Origin: an uncultured Clostridium sp.
GTDB lineage: Bacteria > Bacillota > Clostridia > Oscillospirales > CAG-272
DNA: 51,738 bases
Assembly (NCBI GenBank): GCA_964629615.1
Contig: CAZVUD010000005.1
Coordinates: forward strand, 1-51,738
Direction: 5' to 3'
Both the position numbers and the translations under genes were made by a program. Positions 21,139 through 32,101 of the stretch are shown in pieces. Position 1 is the stretch's first letter, and each line of letters starts with the position of its first letter. The notes under the pieces were generated by a model that did no database searches, was not told where the DNA came from, and saw only the letters and a program-made list of their open reading frames with translations.

Positions 21139-21168
21139 ACGGGACTTTGAAAAAAGTCCCGTTTATTT
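21133..21168. terminator. Bidirectional terminator
   Basis: AAATAAACGGGACTTT-GAAA-AAAGTCCCGTTTATTT between convergent udg and divIC. Confidence 0.85.
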
Positions 21169-21573
21169 ATTCGAATCGTTATAATAAACTATCTCATCAG
21201 GAAAGTGCAGATCTAATTTTTCCCTTGCGATCCGTATTATAAGATCGGTATTTCCGTCGGATATACCGAGCTTGTACTGAAGCTCCTCTATCTCCTCGTC
21301 AAGCGCCTCACTTCTTTCAAGGAGCATCTCCTTTTTCTCCATGAGCCGATCGTATTTTACAACGCCCGTCACGAACATTATGACAGACGCCGTTAAAAGC
21401 ACGCCGAGCATGAGCTTGAGCGCAGTCTTGAGAGACGGTCTTGATATGCTCTGCCCTACATCACCGATAACATATTCAAGCGCATCTGTACCCTTTTCAC
21501 TCTCATATCTCTTCATTTCTTCTTCCGATAATGATCCGTGCTTTTTGTACTTCAGCTTTTTTAATATCGACAT
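21163..21573 (-). CDS. divIC: Septum formation initiator (DivIC/FtsB family)
   Basis: Single TM, coiled coil, IRIAREKL.L..PDEIVY; downstream of yabQ. Confidence 0.85.
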   Translation of the reverse strand: MSILKKLKYKKHGSLSEEEMKRYESEKGTDALEYVIGDVGQSISRPSLKTALKLMLGVLLTASVIMFVTGVVKYDRLMEKKEMLLERSEALDEEIEELQYKLGISDGNTDLIIRIAREKLDLHFPDEIVYYNDSNK

Positions 21574-22117
21574 GCTCTCCCTCCTTCGCGCTGCTTACAC
21601 ATATAAGAGCAAGATCTCCGCTTTTTTTGCTTCTTCTGCTTCTGATCCCTCTCAATGCTCTATTTATAATTATACATACAAATCTGCCTATTGTCAAGTG
21701 AAAAATCTTTAAAATCAGACGTATCGGGATAAAAATGACAAAGGCTATCCTCCGCCATATCCCGCGCAAAAGCTTGAATATATAAAAAAATATCTTTCTT
21801 ATCAGCCGCGACAGAGTGAGGCGATACAAAATACATCCAAGAAACATTGAGATATAAACTCCGCCGCGGAACACCCCGTTATTTGCGTTATACATGAGCA
21901 TGACTGCACAAATGCCGAATATAAGGCAAAAAACGATATCGGTCAAAAAGATCGAGATATATTCAAATATCAATTTCACCCTTACAGGCACAGCATTATG
22001 TGCGACATCTGCCCTGTATCTCATCTCACGCAAAAGATCGTATAGTACGCCACATGCCGCTCCGACAGCGAAAGACAGCAAGAGCAAACAGAGTATATCG
22101 TCATTGTATATATTCAT
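21503..22117 (-). CDS. yabQ: Spore cortex biosynthesis protein YabQ
   Basis: G...G.LYD.LR, TD..F, N.G.FRG...G..LY..T.S; synteny with yabP and divIC. Confidence 0.85.
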   Translation of the reverse strand: MNIYNDDILCLLLLSFAVGAACGVLYDLLREMRYRADVAHNAVPVRVKLIFEYISIFLTDIVFCLIFGICAVMLMYNANNGVFRGGVYISMFLGCILYRLTLSRLIRKIFFYIFKLLRGIWRRIAFVIFIPIRLILKIFHLTIGRFVCIIINRALRGIRSRRSKKSGDLALICVSSAKEGEHVDIKKAEVQKARIIIGRRNEEI

Positions 22118-22398
22118 CTTTTATCCCGTTCATCCTTTTTTCGTGAGAACAGACCCCATTTTTTGCCCTCACGCTCATCAAGATAAAATACCCCGTTTAT
22201 CCTGCCATCTATCAGAACATTGCCTGACTGTACGCTGATCTCACCTACATGCAGTCCCTCACCCTCGACTGCCATGCGCCCAAGCGGCGTTTCTACAACA
22301 ACGCCAAATTCATCAAAGCTTTCGACATCGCTGATCCCGACTATCTTTACGCTCTTTCTGCCTTCCAGATATACACCGTGACTCTCATTTCCGTTCAT
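22114..22398 (-). CDS. yabP: Sporulation protein YabP
   Basis: H.V.LE.RK...I.GI.DVESFDE...V.T.LG...V.GEGLH....G.V.I.G.I....Y; GGAGG RBS. Confidence 0.9.
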   Translation of the reverse strand: MNGNESHGVYLEGRKSVKIVGISDVESFDEFGVVVETPLGRMAVEGEGLHVGEISVQSGNVLIDGRINGVFYLDEREGKKWGLFSRKKDERDKR

Positions 22399-22409
22399 AA
22401 TAAAAAACC

Positions 22410-22453
22410 TCCGCATATAGTACTAAACTATATGCGGAAAGCTTTTTGATTAT
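22410..22453 (-). promoter_or_regulatory. Terminator hairpin containing a SigE-type -10 and the yabP RBS
   Basis: 12-bp inverted repeat 22410-22438 followed by GGTTTTTT on the minus strand; ATA-N16-CATATAGT; GGAGG overlapping the end of the 3' arm. Confidence 0.65.
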
Positions 22454-22692
22454 TCGATCACTTCATATAGAGATGAGGCATCGGACTTTGCGGTAAACTC
22501 ACGCACATCCGTGACCCTGACCTTCAGAGTCCGCTGTCCAAAGCTTACTTCTATGATATCTCCGACCTTAACGTCATATGACGCCTTCACCTGTCTGCCG
22601 TTTACACAAACATGCTCGCCGTCACACGCTTCGTTTGCCACAGTTCTTCTCTTTATGATACGGGAAACCTTGAGGTATTTATCAAGCCTCAT
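22450..22692 (-). CDS. yabO: RNA-binding S4 domain protein YabO (RqcP/Hsp15-like)
   Basis: MRLDKYLKVSRIIKRRTVANEAC...K.S.DVKVGD.I. Confidence 0.95.
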   Translation of the reverse strand: MRLDKYLKVSRIIKRRTVANEACDGEHVCVNGRQVKASYDVKVGDIIEVSFGQRTLKVRVTDVREFTAKSDASSLYEVIE

Positions 22693-22964
22693 CCGTTGAC
22701 CTTATCCTTAAGCACACTGCCTGCGCTGAAGGAAACATATTTGGAAGCAGGAATGCTTACAGGCTCGCCTGTCTTGGGATTTCTGCCTGTTCTTGCCTCG
22801 CGAGTCTTAACTTCAAAACCGCCAAAGCCGGTGATCTTAACATCCTCTCCGGAAGCGAGTGTGTCTGTAATAACTTCAAGGATAGCGGAAACTGCCGCTG
22901 TGGAATCCTTCTTTGTCATACCTGTTCTTGCTGCTACTGCTTCAACGAGCTGCTGTTTGTTCAT
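22689..22964 (-). CDS. hup: DNA-binding protein HU
   Basis: MNK..LV..VA, GFG.FEV..R.ARTGRNPKTGE...IPA. Confidence 0.97.
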   Translation of the reverse strand: MNKQQLVEAVAARTGMTKKDSTAAVSAILEVITDTLASGEDVKITGFGGFEVKTREARTGRNPKTGEPVSIPASKYVSFSAGSVLKDKVNG

Positions 22965-23102
22965 AGTTGTTTACACTCCTATACTGTTTATTTTGTTTTG
23001 CGATATTATTATAACACACTTTAATGCATTTTGCAATAGTTTTTGAATAAAATTTTGACAAATCTTGATATTTTTTTCGATTTTTTCTCAATTTTTCCTA
23101 TT

Positions 23103-23918
23103 TCAGCCGTGTTTTATCTCATCCCATACCGCATCAAGCTCGGGCATTGACATTTCGTCTATGCTCTTGCCCATATCAATAACTTTATTTTCCACCTTTT
23201 CAAAGCGGGATATAAACTTATTCGTGGCGTTGTAAAGCGCTTGCTCGGAATCCACACCAGCCTTGCGCGCAAGGCTGGTCACGGTGAGCAAGAGATCTCC
23301 TATCTCCTCCTCTACCCTGTCCTTGTCGCCCGTCGCCATAGCTTCCCTGACCTCCTCTGTTTCCTCATATATCTTGTCGATAACAAGATCCGAGCTTTCA
23401 AAGTCAAAGAAGGAAGCCTTCTTTCCGACCTTCTGCGCACGAATGAGCGACGGAAGCATCTTAGGCACGGCATTCAGCTTATCCGTATAAGTTATACGCT
23501 GTTTTTCGGTGTTTTTGATAGCTTCCCAATTTTTCAGCACCTCGTCACAGTTATCCGCAATAACATCGGCAAATATATGAGGGTGGCGGTGTATAAGCTT
23601 AACGCATATATCATTTGCCACATCGTCTATACAAAATTCACCGCATTCCTCTTCCATTCTCGAATGGAACACCACCTGCAAGAGCACATCTCCAAGCTCT
23701 TCTCTCAAAAGCTTTTTGTCATCAGTGTCAATCGCCTCGATGACCTCATATGTTTCCTCAATGAAATTATTTCGTATGCTCTTGTGTGTCTGCTCGCGGT
23801 CCCAAGGGCATCCGCCCTCGCCTCGCAATATCTCCATGATCTTCACAAGATCGTAAAATCCGTAATTTTCTTTCTTCAAAAGCTCACTTATCTGCTCTTT
23901 TCTGTCACATGTGTTCAT
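23103..23918 (-). CDS. mazG: Nucleoside triphosphate pyrophosphohydrolase MazG (lacks the YabN N-terminal methylase domain)
   Basis: GCPWDREQTH, EE.YEV.EAI, EELGDVLLQV, KLI.RHPHIF, EEIGDLL. Confidence 0.95.
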   Translation of the reverse strand: MNTCDRKEQISELLKKENYGFYDLVKIMEILRGEGGCPWDREQTHKSIRNNFIEETYEVIEAIDTDDKKLLREELGDVLLQVVFHSRMEEECGEFCIDDVANDICVKLIHRHPHIFADVIADNCDEVLKNWEAIKNTEKQRITYTDKLNAVPKMLPSLIRAQKVGKKASFFDFESSDLVIDKIYEETEEVREAMATGDKDRVEEEIGDLLLTVTSLARKAGVDSEQALYNATNKFISRFEKVENKVIDMGKSIDEMSMPELDAVWDEIKHG

Positions 23919-23945
23919 TATAGTATCCTCACATTTTGAAAATGA

Positions 23946-26777
23946 TTATTTATTCAGCCACTTTCTAAGGTACATGCCCGTATAAGAGCCCTTCACCTTA
24001 GCTACCTCCTCGGGAGTGCCGCACGCAACTATCCTGCCGCCGCCGTCGCCCCCCTCGGGACCGAGATCTATGATATGATCCGCGCATTTTATAACGTCCA
24101 GATTATGCTCTATGCATATAACGGTATTTCCGCTGTCGCATATGCGGTCAAGCACCCAGAGCAGCTTTGCGACATCCGCGGTGTGCAATCCCGTCGTCGG
24201 CTCGTCAAGTATATACACCGTGCCGCCCGTGCTTCGGCGCGCAAGCTCTGTTGCAAGCTTAACTCTCTGCGCCTCTCCGCCTGACAGGGTAGTTGACGAC
24301 TGACCTATTTTTACATATCCGAGTCCGACATCAAACAGTGTCTGGAGCTTTCTTGTGATCTTTGGCAATCCGTCAAAGAATGTCAAGCCCTCCTCGACCG
24401 TCATCTCAAGCACGTCATATATATTTTTATCCTTGTATCTTACCTCAAGAGTATCCCTGTTATAGCGCTTACCCTTGCACAGATCGCATGTGACATACAC
24501 ATCGGGAAGGAAATGCATCTCGATGCATTTAACGCCGTCGCCTTCACATGCCTCGCATCTTCCGCCCTTTACGTTAAATGAAAAGCGTCCTGCGCCATAT
24601 CCCTTTGCCTTAGCGTCGCGCGTCTGCGCAAAAAGCTCGCGTATATCCGAAAACAGACCTGTATATGTGGCAGGATTGGAGCGCGGCGTTCTGCCTATCG
24701 GGCTTTGATCTATGCATATGACCTTGTCAAGCTCGCCGTCCCATTCCACACCGTCGCAATCGCCGCTGTAGGTCATGGCTCGATTCAGCCTTTTTGCAAG
24801 CTCGGGATATATGATACTGTTTACAAGAGAGGATTTTCCGCTGCCCGAAACACCCGTTACACATACAAATTTTCCGATAGGCAGAGACACATCTATATTC
24901 TTAAGATTATGCTCTCTTGCTCCCTTTACCGTGATATATTTTCCGTTACCTTGGCGTCGCTCTCTCGGGACCTCTATCTTTTTTCTGCCCGAAAGATAAG
25001 CTCCCGTAACAGATTCTTCATTAGCCATAACCTCTTCCGGCGTGCCTGCCGCCACGACATGACCGCCGTGTATACCTGCGCCCGGTCCTATGTCAATGAT
25101 ATAGTCGGATTCCAGCATGGTCTCCTCATCATGCTCCACAACTATAACGGTATTACCTATGTCACGAAGCTTTTTGAGAGTGGCTATAAGCTTTGAATTA
25201 TCTCTCTGATGCAGACCTATGCTCGGCTCGTCAAGTATATACAAAACTCCAACAAGTGATGATCCTATCTGGGTCGCAAGTCTGATCCTCTGCGCTTCTC
25301 CGCCCGACAATGTTCCCGCCTTACGCGAAAGCGTCAGATATTCCAGTCCGACACTCACCAAAAATCCAAGACGTGCGCGTATCTCCTTGAGTATCTCCTT
25401 GGCTATGGTCATCTCCGAGGCTGAAAGCTCAAGATGCTCTGTAAATTCCAGCGCGTCCTTTACCGACATGGCGCAGAACTCATGTATGTTCTTTCCTCCC
25501 ACGGTAACATGAAGCGACATACTGTTAAGTCGCATTCCCTTGCAAACGGGACAAGGCGTGTCCTCAATAAACTGCTCGTAATAATCAGCCGACATGCCCA
25601 TTTGTATGCGCTGTTCTATCATTGGTATAACGCCGTCGAACTTAGCCTTGCGCTCATGTGCCTCGCCTCCGAAGTAGCGCGTGCATTCATAAGTTTCATT
25701 TCCCGTTCCGTAAAGCAGGCTGCTTATCGCATCAGCAGAAAATTCGCACAACGGCATATCCATGGTAAAGCCATGCTTTTTACCGACCTCCGCAAAGAGA
25801 GGACCGTTCCAGCTCTCATCCTCAAGCGACTTAAAGCCGTTTACGGCTATGCCGCCCTCACGCAATGACAGCTTTTTATTCGGCATTATCCTGTTCACGC
25901 CCACCGTGCGCATGTCACCAAGACCCGAGCAATGTGGGCATGCGCCCTCGGGATTGTTAAACGAAAACATGCGCGGCTCAAGATCACCCACCGAAATGCC
26001 GTGATCCTCACACGCATAAGACTGGGAAAAGCTGAATTCTTCTCCCTCTTCATCTCCCCTCGGAACTGTCACCACAGTGATATGACCGTCTGCCGCCTTC
26101 AGCGCATTCTCGACAGAATCCGCAAGTCTCGAACGAATTCCATCCTTCATCACAAGTCTGTCAACGATTATCTCTATAGAATGCTTTTTGTTCTTATCAA
26201 GCTTTATCTCTTCGGAAAGATCATATATGCTTCCGTCCACCCTGACTCTGGCATATCCGCTCTTTTTGGCATCCTCGAATACCTTTTCATGCATACCCTT
26301 CTTTGAGCGCACAACGGGAGCCGCGATCATAAATCTCTCCCCCTGCGGCAATTCAAGTATCCTGCCTATTATATCGTCCGTGGTCTGCCGCTTTATCTCT
26401 TTGTTACATACAGGACAGTGCGGCACGCCTATCCTTGCATACATAAGTCGCAAATAATCGTATATCTCGGTAACTGTTCCCACAGTAGAGCGCGGATTTC
26501 GGCTCGTGGTCTTCTGATCTATGGATATCGCAGGTGAAAGCCCCTCACACATATCCACATCAGGCTTATCAAGCTGACCCAAAAACATTCTCGCATAGCT
26601 TGACAGCGACTCCACAAATCTCCTGTGTCCCTCCGCATACACGGTATCAAAAGCAAGCGATGACTTGCCGCTTCCCGAAAGTCCCGACAGCACCACGAGC
26701 TTGTCGCGCGGTATATCTACATCGATATTTTTCAGATTGTGCACACGCGCGCCCCTAATAACTATATTTTTTTCCAT
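23946..26777 (-). CDS. uvrA: Excinuclease ABC subunit A
   Basis: Two ABC modules ([42 protein letters not shown]) and zinc fingers. Confidence 0.98.
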   Translation of the reverse strand: MEKNIVIRGARVHNLKNIDVDIPRDKLVVLSGLSGSGKSSLAFDTVYAEGHRRFVESLSSYARMFLGQLDKPDVDMCEGLSPAISIDQKTTSRNPRSTVGTVTEIYDYLRLMYARIGVPHCPVCNKEIKRQTTDDIIGRILELPQGERFMIAAPVVRSKKGMHEKVFEDAKKSGYARVRVDGSIYDLSEEIKLDKNKKHSIEIIVDRLVMKDGIRSRLADSVENALKAADGHITVVTVPRGDEEGEEFSFSQSYACEDHGISVGDLEPRMFSFNNPEGACPHCSGLGDMRTVGVNRIMPNKKLSLREGGIAVNGFKSLEDESWNGPLFAEVGKKHGFTMDMPLCEFSADAISSLLYGTGNETYECTRYFGGEAHERKAKFDGVIPMIEQRIQMGMSADYYEQFIEDTPCPVCKGMRLNSMSLHVTVGGKNIHEFCAMSVKDALEFTEHLELSASEMTIAKEILKEIRARLGFLVSVGLEYLTLSRKAGTLSGGEAQRIRLATQIGSSLVGVLYILDEPSIGLHQRDNSKLIATLKKLRDIGNTVIVVEHDEETMLESDYIIDIGPGAGIHGGHVVAAGTPEEVMANEESVTGAYLSGRKKIEVPRERRQGNGKYITVKGAREHNLKNIDVSLPIGKFVCVTGVSGSGKSSLVNSIIYPELAKRLNRAMTYSGDCDGVEWDGELDKVICIDQSPIGRTPRSNPATYTGLFSDIRELFAQTRDAKAKGYGAGRFSFNVKGGRCEACEGDGVKCIEMHFLPDVYVTCDLCKGKRYNRDTLEVRYKDKNIYDVLEMTVEEGLTFFDGLPKITRKLQTLFDVGLGYVKIGQSSTTLSGGEAQRVKLATELARRSTGGTVYILDEPTTGLHTADVAKLLWVLDRICDSGNTVICIEHNLDVIKCADHIIDLGPEGGDGGGRIVACGTPEEVAKVKGSYTGMYLRKWLNK

Positions 26778-26799
26778 TTTACCGCCTTTCGATGGTATA

Positions 26800-28776
26800 T
26801 CAATTCTTTTCTTCTCTTATACGCTTTATCTCATCTCTGAGGTAAGCCGCCTTTTCAAAGTCAAGCCGCCTTGCCGCTTCCTTCATATCTCTCGTCATAG
26901 ACTCTATAAGCGCTTCCTTTTCCTTTTGGCTCAGCTTCTTCTTGCCCTTCTTTGCATTGCCCTTACCCTGTGCGTCCGACAGTCCTATATCTATAACATC
27001 GCGTATTCCCTTATTTATTGTAACGGGGATGATACCGTGTGCCTTGTTGTAGGCATCCTGTATCTTTCTGCGTCGCTCTGTTTCGGATATTGCAACACGC
27101 ATGGATCGCGTGATGCTGTCGGCATACATTATGACCTTGCCCTCGGCATTTCTTGCCGCTCTGCCTATAGTCTGTATGAGGGAGCGCTCGGCGCGCAAAA
27201 ATCCTTCTTTATCCGCATCAAGTATTGCCACAAGAGATACCTCGGGGATATCAAGTCCTTCTCGCAAAAGATTTATACCCACGAGCACATCGAAAACTCC
27301 AAGTCTCAGATCTCTGATTATCTCCATTCTCTCCATGGTATCCACATTGTGGTGGATGTATCTTACCTTAACGCCGTTCTCCTCAAGGTATTCGGTAAGG
27401 TCCTCCGCCATTTTTTTGGTCAGAGTGGTGACAAGGACTCTCTGACCCTTTTTCACCCTCACGCCTATCTCGCCCATGAGATCATCGACCTGACCCTCTA
27501 TCGGGCGCACCTCGATCTCGGGATCGGTAAGTCCCGTGGGGCGGATCATCTGCTCTACCGTCTGCGAGGAATTCTCCTTTTCAAAATCACCCGGTGTCGC
27601 GCTTACGAATATTGCCTGATTTATCCTCTCGCAAAACTCATCAAAGCAAAGAGGACGGTTGTCATATGCGGACGGAAGCCTGAAGCCGTAATCTATAAGA
27701 TTCTTCTTTCTTGCCGTATCGCCGCCGCTCATGCCGCTGACCTGCGGCAGAGTCACGTGGGACTCGTCTACAAACATAATAAAATCCTTTGGAAAATAAT
27801 CAAGCAATGTATATGGCGTAGAGCCTGCAGGACGCCCTGACAGTATTCTCGAATAATTCTCAACACCCGAGCAAAATCCGACCTCACGCAGCATCTCCAT
27901 ATCATATTTAACTCTCTCGGTTATCCTCTGCGCCTCTATGAGCTTATTTTCAGATTCAAAATAAGCCGCTCTCTCCTGCATCTCTCTGTATATCTCAGAG
28001 ATCGCCGCCTCACGCTTTTCATCGGACACCGCATAGTGAGTTGCAGGATATATGCCTGCATATGACAGGAGCCTTATAAGCTCGCCTGTAACTATATTTA
28101 TCTCAGACACGCGGTCTATCTCGTCATCAAAGAACTCTACCCTTATCGCCTTGTCATTCATATTTGCCGGGATTATCTCGACAGTATCCCCTCTGACTCT
28201 GAATGAATCTCTCTTAAGATCCATATCGTTTCTTGTATAGCTGACAGATACGAGCCTGCGTATAAGCTCCTCTCTTGACATATTCTGCCCCGGGCGCAGT
28301 GGGATGAGCAGATCCTTGTATTCATCAGGCTCACCGAGCGAATATATGCAGGAAACGCTTGCAACTATAATTACATCGCGTCTTTCAAACAGTGAGCTGG
28401 TCGCGCTGTGGCGAAGTCTGTCTATCTCCTCATTTATAAGGGCATCCTTCTCTATATACATATCCTTGCCGGGGATGTACGCCTCGGGCTGATAGTAATC
28501 GTAATAAGATACAAAATATTCCACCGCATTGTCAGGGAAAAATTCACGGAATTCCGAGCACAGCTGTGCGGCAAGAGTCTTGTTGTGAGCTAAAACAAGA
28601 GTGGGACGGTTGATCTTTTCTATGACATTTGCCATAGTAAATGTCTTGCCTGAGCCCGTAACGCCGAGCAGTGTCTGCATCCTGTCGCCGCGCGCTATTC
28701 CCTCAACAAGAGCCTTTATCGCCTCAGGCTGATCGCCCATTGGCTTATAATCGCTTTTTAATACAAATCTATCCAT
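26800..28776 (-). CDS. uvrB: Excinuclease ABC subunit B
   Basis: [45 protein letters not shown]-terminal UVR domain. Confidence 0.98.
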   Translation of the reverse strand: MDRFVLKSDYKPMGDQPEAIKALVEGIARGDRMQTLLGVTGSGKTFTMANVIEKINRPTLVLAHNKTLAAQLCSEFREFFPDNAVEYFVSYYDYYQPEAYIPGKDMYIEKDALINEEIDRLRHSATSSLFERRDVIIVASVSCIYSLGEPDEYKDLLIPLRPGQNMSREELIRRLVSVSYTRNDMDLKRDSFRVRGDTVEIIPANMNDKAIRVEFFDDEIDRVSEINIVTGELIRLLSYAGIYPATHYAVSDEKREAAISEIYREMQERAAYFESENKLIEAQRITERVKYDMEMLREVGFCSGVENYSRILSGRPAGSTPYTLLDYFPKDFIMFVDESHVTLPQVSGMSGGDTARKKNLIDYGFRLPSAYDNRPLCFDEFCERINQAIFVSATPGDFEKENSSQTVEQMIRPTGLTDPEIEVRPIEGQVDDLMGEIGVRVKKGQRVLVTTLTKKMAEDLTEYLEENGVKVRYIHHNVDTMERMEIIRDLRLGVFDVLVGINLLREGLDIPEVSLVAILDADKEGFLRAERSLIQTIGRAARNAEGKVIMYADSITRSMRVAISETERRRKIQDAYNKAHGIIPVTINKGIRDVIDIGLSDAQGKGNAKKGKKKLSQKEKEALIESMTRDMKEAARRLDFEKAAYLRDEIKRIREEKN

Positions 28777-28804
28777 ACAAAATCACCCGATATATCAAAA
28801 TCAA

Positions 28805-28856
28805 GATCTACTGTTCTCTGTTACATTATTATACCACCCAACTTCATTTGTGTCAA
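28805..28856 (-). promoter_or_regulatory. uvrBA SigA promoter with downstream LexA-box-like site
   Basis: TTGACA (28856-28851)-N17-TATAAT (28833-28828); GAAC-AGTA-GATC at 28816-28805, one mismatch to GAAC-N4-GTTC. Confidence 0.7.
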
Positions 28857-28884
28857 TAAGCGAAAAAAATATAAAGCGCAAAAG

Positions 28885-28919
28885 TGCCGCCGCGCCGCCA
28901 TGGTGGCGGTGCGGCGGCA
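28885..28919 (-). terminator. GC-rich terminator hairpin
   Basis: TGCCGCCGCGCCGCCA-TGG-TGGCGGTGCGGCGGCA followed by CTTTT on the minus strand. Confidence 0.75.
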
Positions 28920-28938
28920 GTAAATTACCGTCAGCCTA

Positions 28939-30408
28939 TCAATTATCTAAATATCCTTCAAATTCTTCGCTGTTTTCAAGAGCGTACATTGCAAAGAACG
29001 CCTTAACGTCATCACCGCTCAGGTCTTCCTTGTCGCCGAGATCCTTTATAAGGCTGTTTGTTATCTCATCAGCCGCTTCACCCTCGATCTTTACTCCGTA
29101 ATTATCAAGCGCGCTTACTACACCCTCGCGAACTGAGCTATGCTTATCTTCGCCGTCAGGCACATTCATTATGTCAGCGATATTGTTCATGAGGTTGTCA
29201 TATTCTTCGTCCTCGCCCTCGGGAACGCCAAGGACAGATGCAAGGCTTCGCACGCTGAGGTCTGTGATCTCAGCAGTTATGGGGGTCATTCTGTCGTTAT
29301 GCTCTATTATTGAAACGACTCCCGAAACAACGCCCTTCTTACTGAGTATGGACAAGATCTCGTCGCTGTTATCGGTATGCTGGAATACTTCGTTTTTGGC
29401 AAGCACCCCAAAAACATCCGCAACTGTATGCAGATCCTCCGAGATATTATCGGCATTTGATGTAGAGAATACCTTCAGCACGCTTGTGATGGTGGGATCA
29501 AGCATCTCACCGCCGTTTATCCTTTCAACTCCGAGGAACTTCTTTCCTTCCAGCCAATTGTTTGAGGCTGTGGAAAGTATCTCGGATGTGAGAGATGCCA
29601 GCAGTCTTGACTTTTCAAGATCGTCTGCACTCTTGTGGAAGGCGTCTACCTGACGGCTTCCGTATGTTTCAACATCCTCTGTGAGCAATTTTACGCAATT
29701 TGCAACATCGATGAGGTTTACAAGCTCATTTTCAAGTGTGATATCGCATCCCTCATACTTCATGGTAGAGGTCTTGCTGTACAGGGCTTTTCCGCCGAGA
29801 TCCAGAACTACCTTTCCCGTGCCTGCATTTACCAAGGGATCGGTATATTCAACCACCTTGTTTTCAGTTCCCTCATCCATAAGAACATCTGCCTGCTTTG
29901 CCACAGAATTTACCATTCTGACAGTACCGAGCAAGGGCATAAGGAGCATAAGTGCAACTACGAATCCGTTTACCATACCAAGTCCGAGTCCGCCAAGCCT
30001 GTCAGCAAGCTTCGGAAGGTGGTTCAAGAGTGGTATAAATCTTATAATGATACCTACTACAATATTAAGTATAAGTCTTATCACAAAGAAAAGCAATGTG
30101 AACACTATCGGAGCGAGCAGCATCGTCACATAATAACCCGATGCTGTAGCAAACGATTCAAGTTCCAATACATCCGCAAGAGCTGTACTGCTGAGCATAT
30201 CGGTTATCTTATCAACTATAACCTGACCAAATCCGAGAGTACCGCTGCATATCATCGAGGTGATGATGAGTGAGGCTATCGCAGATAGGATTATACAGAT
30301 GGTAGCACCGATCGTTTTTTTGAGCTTTTTTAAGAATCCTGCAAGTCCGCACCAAGCAATTATCACAAGCAAGACTATCATAACCGCGTAAGGAAGTATA
30401 GCTGTCAT
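28939..30408 (-). CDS. Membrane protein with CvpA-like N-terminus and large acidic helical C-terminal domain
   Basis: Four N-terminal TMs with G...GF.K and DRLGGLGLG motifs; own TTGACA-N17-TATAAT promoter at 30483-30455. Confidence 0.7.
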   Translation of the reverse strand: MTAILPYAVMIVLLVIIAWCGLAGFLKKLKKTIGATICIILSAIASLIITSMICSGTLGFGQVIVDKITDMLSSTALADVLELESFATASGYYVTMLLAPIVFTLLFFVIRLILNIVVGIIIRFIPLLNHLPKLADRLGGLGLGMVNGFVVALMLLMPLLGTVRMVNSVAKQADVLMDEGTENKVVEYTDPLVNAGTGKVVLDLGGKALYSKTSTMKYEGCDITLENELVNLIDVANCVKLLTEDVETYGSRQVDAFHKSADDLEKSRLLASLTSEILSTASNNWLEGKKFLGVERINGGEMLDPTITSVLKVFSTSNADNISEDLHTVADVFGVLAKNEVFQHTDNSDEILSILSKKGVVSGVVSIIEHNDRMTPITAEITDLSVRSLASVLGVPEGEDEEYDNLMNNIADIMNVPDGEDKHSSVREGVVSALDNYGVKIEGEAADEITNSLIKDLGDKEDLSGDDVKAFFAMYALENSEEFEGYLDN

Positions 30409-30529
30409 AATTTTAGTCCTTTCAAAATAGTAATGATATTTCCTTTACGCTATCATTATACACCCTTGTTCTTAATTTGTCAAGGATTTTCTGATTTTCC
30501 GGAAATTTACTTACAGGGTGGCAAAAGCA

Positions 30530-32101
30530 TCATTTTCCGAGTATGCATTCACATGACATATTCTTTATGCAATAATACCCCTTACCCTTTACGCGCAATC
30601 TGTAAAGCATACACTTTCTCGGATATATGCTGAGCGACCGTATACCGTATTTTTCTCCCTTGATGGTTCCGACAGTCTGCCATGTGCTGTCGCCGTCATA
30701 GGATATCTCAAATGTGAGTGACGCACCAAGTCCGAAATATCCGCGGACATATATACGGGCAGGATAAAGCACGTTTGACACATCGTATGTATCGCTTATC
30801 TCAAAGCTGCTCTCAACAAACCCCTCATACTCCGATCCCGATGGAACTGATTCAGGAGTCGTCATGAGATAGGCTGTCGTTGGAGACAGACCGTAGAGCA
30901 TATCCCCTATCTTAAGCATATTGTTCATCATGCGCGGCTTTTGCTCATAAAACGCCTTGTTATACACGTCATACATAAGAAATCTGTCGTTGTCGTCGCC
31001 GTCATGGCAGGCAAGATAGTATATGCTCTTATCTGCCATACCGTAGCCGCGAACAAGATATTTATAAGGGCATTTTGCAATGCGCTCACTCTTATTGCCG
31101 GAAAATCTCATTATATCTCCGCTTGACAGATAAAATACATCACCTGCAATAACAGCTATGCTGTCGATGTCGCGCTTAAGTATTCCGCCATTGTTGCATA
31201 TCTTTTCAAGCTGATATGCATTGCTGTTGTCGCCGTATACCCTGTATATCTTATTGTTTGAAAATATCACGGGGTATCCGCCGTATTCAATGCACGCAGT
31301 AAATCCCTCGGTATCGTGATATTCGCAAACAAAAGAGTCGTTATCATTGCCGCCAAAGGCGCAAAACGATGTGGCATCACCAACGCTTGAGGCATACACC
31401 TTGTTTCCGAGCACGCCCCAGACTCTGTTCTGTACTATACATGCGCAGCTGAGCTTTGGGACTTCATTGTATATTCCGCAATTACATGTCGCAATGTCGG
31501 CGCTTCCGAATTCATAGTTGTTGAAATACAGTATTCCCTGCTCTTCATCAACGCCGATTATATAGTGATATCCGTCTATGACATCCTTGCTTGCATCACC
31601 GACCATGTACACGCCCTGACCTGCGTGAAAATGATCCGTCAGCTTCAAAAGAGAGCTTGCACTCTTTATGGCATTTACACCGAGAGATGAATTTATAAAT
31701 GTGATATTGACAGCATCGTTTTTCTGCAGATCGCTTAGTGTTCCGCTTACGGGATCATATCTCTTTGCATCGGGAAATATTATTATCTCACCATTGAAGT
31801 TCAGAAATTTCTTTCTCCCGACCGTAAGTGTTCCCTTTTTTGCCCCGTCATAATAAAATCCACCGTTTTCATCTGCATAATACACCTTGTCGTCCAATAT
31901 GCCTATCGACGATATGGGCGTGTCTATATCCCACATAAAATATGGATCTCTCGGTGAGAGCGAGGGATATGATATCGGTGCTATATTCTGCATGGCAACT
32001 ATCTTTTTGCCCTCCGTGCTGTCTGCGCTTACAAGTCCGTCGGCAAATGAATACTCAAATATCTTTCTTTTTTCCTTTGAATTTGTTTCCTGAAGATACA
32101 T
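30530..32101 (-). CDS. Phage nozzle/'stabilization'-like protein (podovirus P22 gp10 / T7 gp12 analog, predicted beta-rich)
   Basis: Motifs recognised from clostridial podovirus-like prophage proteins: N.....YPSLSPR, VP.L......NRVWG...N.VYAS..GD, G.FTA...Y.GYPV.F, ISYD....W, I.P.KC...RLR..G.G; ATG 32101 overlaps the upstream stop, GGGGAGG RBS. Confidence 0.7.
   Translation of the reverse strand: MYLQETNSKEKRKIFEYSFADGLVSADSTEGKKIVAMQNIAPISYPSLSPRDPYFMWDIDTPISSIGILDDKVYYADENGGFYYDGAKKGTLTVGRKKFLNFNGEIIIFPDAKRYDPVSGTLSDLQKNDAVNITFINSSLGVNAIKSASSLLKLTDHFHAGQGVYMVGDASKDVIDGYHYIIGVDEEQGILYFNNYEFGSADIATCNCGIYNEVPKLSCACIVQNRVWGVLGNKVYASSVGDATSFCAFGGNDNDSFVCEYHDTEGFTACIEYGGYPVIFSNNKIYRVYGDNSNAYQLEKICNNGGILKRDIDSIAVIAGDVFYLSSGDIMRFSGNKSERIAKCPYKYLVRGYGMADKSIYYLACHDGDDNDRFLMYDVYNKAFYEQKPRMMNNMLKIGDMLYGLSPTTAYLMTTPESVPSGSEYEGFVESSFEISDTYDVSNVLYPARIYVRGYFGLGASLTFEISYDGDSTWQTVGTIKGEKYGIRSLSIYPRKCMLYRLRVKGKGYYCIKNMSCECILGK

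Noticed and set aside
26665-27840. 391-aa plus-strand ORF
   Set aside because: Antisense shadow of uvrB/uvrA; no recognisable motifs or RBS.
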